Source: an uncultured bacterium (GTDB taxonomy: Bacteria > Verrucomicrobiota > Kiritimatiellia > RFP12 > UBA1067). Taken from it: a stretch of 64,000 nt of DNA. The notes beneath the pieces were generated by a model, which saw only the letters and a program-made list of their open reading frames with translations, did no database searches and was not told the DNA's origin. The stretch is from the NCBI GenBank assembly GCA_902801025.1, contig CADCGZ010000001.1:11091-75090 (forward strand), in the 5' to 3' direction. A program made the translations under genes and the position numbers. Below, one piece after another: positions 62,859 to 64,000 of this stretch (its first letter is position 1; every line of letters begins with the position of its first letter).

Positions 62859-64000
62859 ATGATGTTCAGAAAGGTATCTTTCGTTTTTGGGTGCACGGCA
62901 CTTCTCGTGTCGCCGGTCGCGTCGTTCATTGCCGTCGCCGACGACCCTGCGCCAGCGCCTGCGGCCGAGGCTCCCGTCGAGGAGACCGATCCCGCGCTTG
63001 AGCTCGAAATCCGCTACGTCGAAGCGCTGATCGAGTACGGCTATCCCGATTTCGCAGAGCCCGTCATCGAGGCGACGAAGAAGAAGTGGCCCGAGGCCGA
63101 GACCAAGTTCTTCGCGATCGAGATCCGCGGCATGCTCTCCTTGGGCAAGTTCGACGAGGCCGAGAAGAAGATAGCGGCGCTCCCCGACCGCAACGGCCCT
63201 AAGTACTGGGCGGCGCGACTCGAAGTCGCCAACAACCTCTTCTTCCGCGGCAAGAAGGCCGAGTGCTCGAAGATCTACGACGAGTTCTTCAAGGCGTTTC
63301 CGAAGCCCACGAAGGAAATCCGCGAGTTTTACATGCAGGCGTGCTACGCCTGGGGACAGATCCTCGTCGGCGACAAGCGCTTCGAGGAGGCCGTGAAGGT
63401 CTACGCCGGGCTCCTTGCGCAGATCAACAAGAAGAAGAGCGACGACGACGCGAACACGTGGTGCAACGTCGCCTGCGAGACGGCAGAGATGTACCTGAAG
63501 CTCGCGTCCGACCAGCCCAACGTCAAGAACCGCAAGCAGTACATCGACCCCGCGAGGAAGATCATCGACGCCCTCCTGTGGGAGTCTGACCGCCCCGTCT
63601 ACTTCGGCCGCGCCATCGCGATGAAGGCAAACTCCGAGCTTTTGAAGGGCGACGTCGCCAAGGCCCAGCAGACGATCAACGAGTACATGCAGCAGCTCGA
63701 GCAGCTCCACCAGTCGATCGTCGAGTTCGACCCCGAGGGCAAGGAGGGGCTGAGGAAGTTCTCTCCGATGCCGCTCTGCCGCTTCATGCTCGCGAAGATG
63801 CTGTGGGACGAGGCCCAGGCCGAGTTCAAGAAGCCGAAGCGCGACGACGACCGCATCAAGGCGCTCCTCTTCGGCGACAAGCTGCCCTCCGGCAAGCGCA
63901 ACGGCCTCGGCGCGTACAACCATGCGCTCAACGTCTTCATCCAGTATCCCGAGTCCACGTGGGCCGCCGACGCGGGCGAGATGGCCGAGAAAATCAAGGA
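62859..64000 (+). CDS. secreted TPR-like/helical-repeat protein, 3'-partial (runs off the window; absent from the ORF track)
   Basis: My own translation of frame 3 from ATG 62859: MMFRKVSFVFGCTALLVSPVASFIAVADDPAPAPAAE...EIRYVEALIEYGYPDFAEPVIEA... No stop through nt 64000. Preceded by TAGTATACT (62847-62852). The listed antisense ORF 62739-63923 is Arg/Val/Leu/Asp-rich low complexity. Confidence 0.75.
   Translation, partial: MMFRKVSFVFGCTALLVSPVASFIAVADDPAPAPAAEAPVEETDPALELEIRYVEALIEYGYPDFAEPVIEATKKKWPEAETKFFAIEIRGMLSLGKFDEAEKKIAALPDRNGPKYWAARLEVANNLFFRGKKAECSKIYDEFFKAFPKPTKEIREFYMQACYAWGQILVGDKRFEEAVKVYAGLLAQINKKKSDDDANTWCNVACETAEMYLKLASDQPNVKNRKQYIDPARKIIDALLWESDRPVYFGRAIAMKANSELLKGDVAKAQQTINEYMQQLEQLHQSIVEFDPEGKEGLRKFSPMPLCRFMLAKMLWDEAQAEFKKPKRDDDRIKALLFGDKLPSGKRNGLGAYNHALNVFIQYPESTWAADAGEMAEKIK

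Overview
GC-rich bacterial chromosomal segment. Every gene I can support is on the + strand: 25 CDS, 1 pseudogene and 3 tRNAs. All long minus-strand ORFs in the track look like antisense artefacts of GC3-rich coding sequence. The gene content suggests a PVC-group organism (Verrucomicrobiota, Kiritimatiellota or Lentisphaerota-like); this is inference only. Layout: (1) 1-24769, a tightly packed trio of a 5'-truncated giant DUF2341/LamG/LTD protein (>=2737 aa), a small membrane coiled-coil protein, and a 5372-aa TSP3-repeat/LamG giant. (2) ackA-pta-kdsD. (3) 28363-36611, an Amuc_1102..Amuc_1098-like pilus-like cluster: secreted protein, PilM-PilN fusion, Amuc_1100-like, Amuc_1099-like, and a 1223-aa secretin. 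(4) coaE, rho, an 1828-aa InlB-B-repeat surface protein, uvrA, recA, tRNA-Ser(UGA), nagA, tRNA-Ser(GCU). (5) 50152-55467, a translationally coupled trio of KS-like, AT-like/DH-like/PPTase and minimal KamA radical-SAM genes, in which the canonical PKS catalytic residues are substituted. (6) A ParE/GyrB-family gene broken by a perfect 20-bp tandem duplication, a low-GC orphan ORF, a MITE with TIRs and a 9-bp TSD, and tRNA-Leu(UAA). (7) rnc, tkt, murJ and a 3'-truncated TPR-like gene that is missing from the ORF track. The most unusual signals are: (a) a family of foldback elements built as [short tandem word]n-core-[reverse-complement word]n, found in intergenic DNA and inserted in frame into kdsD, uvrA and coaE (comparable to Rickettsia RPEs); (b) the pseudo-PKS/PPTase/mini-KamA operon; (c) a recurring TTTGGGG + two-hairpin core with compensatory changes; and (d) extended -10 promoters placed 5-9 nt from start codons. 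No rRNA, CRISPR array, integrase, transposase or recognisable defence system was seen.
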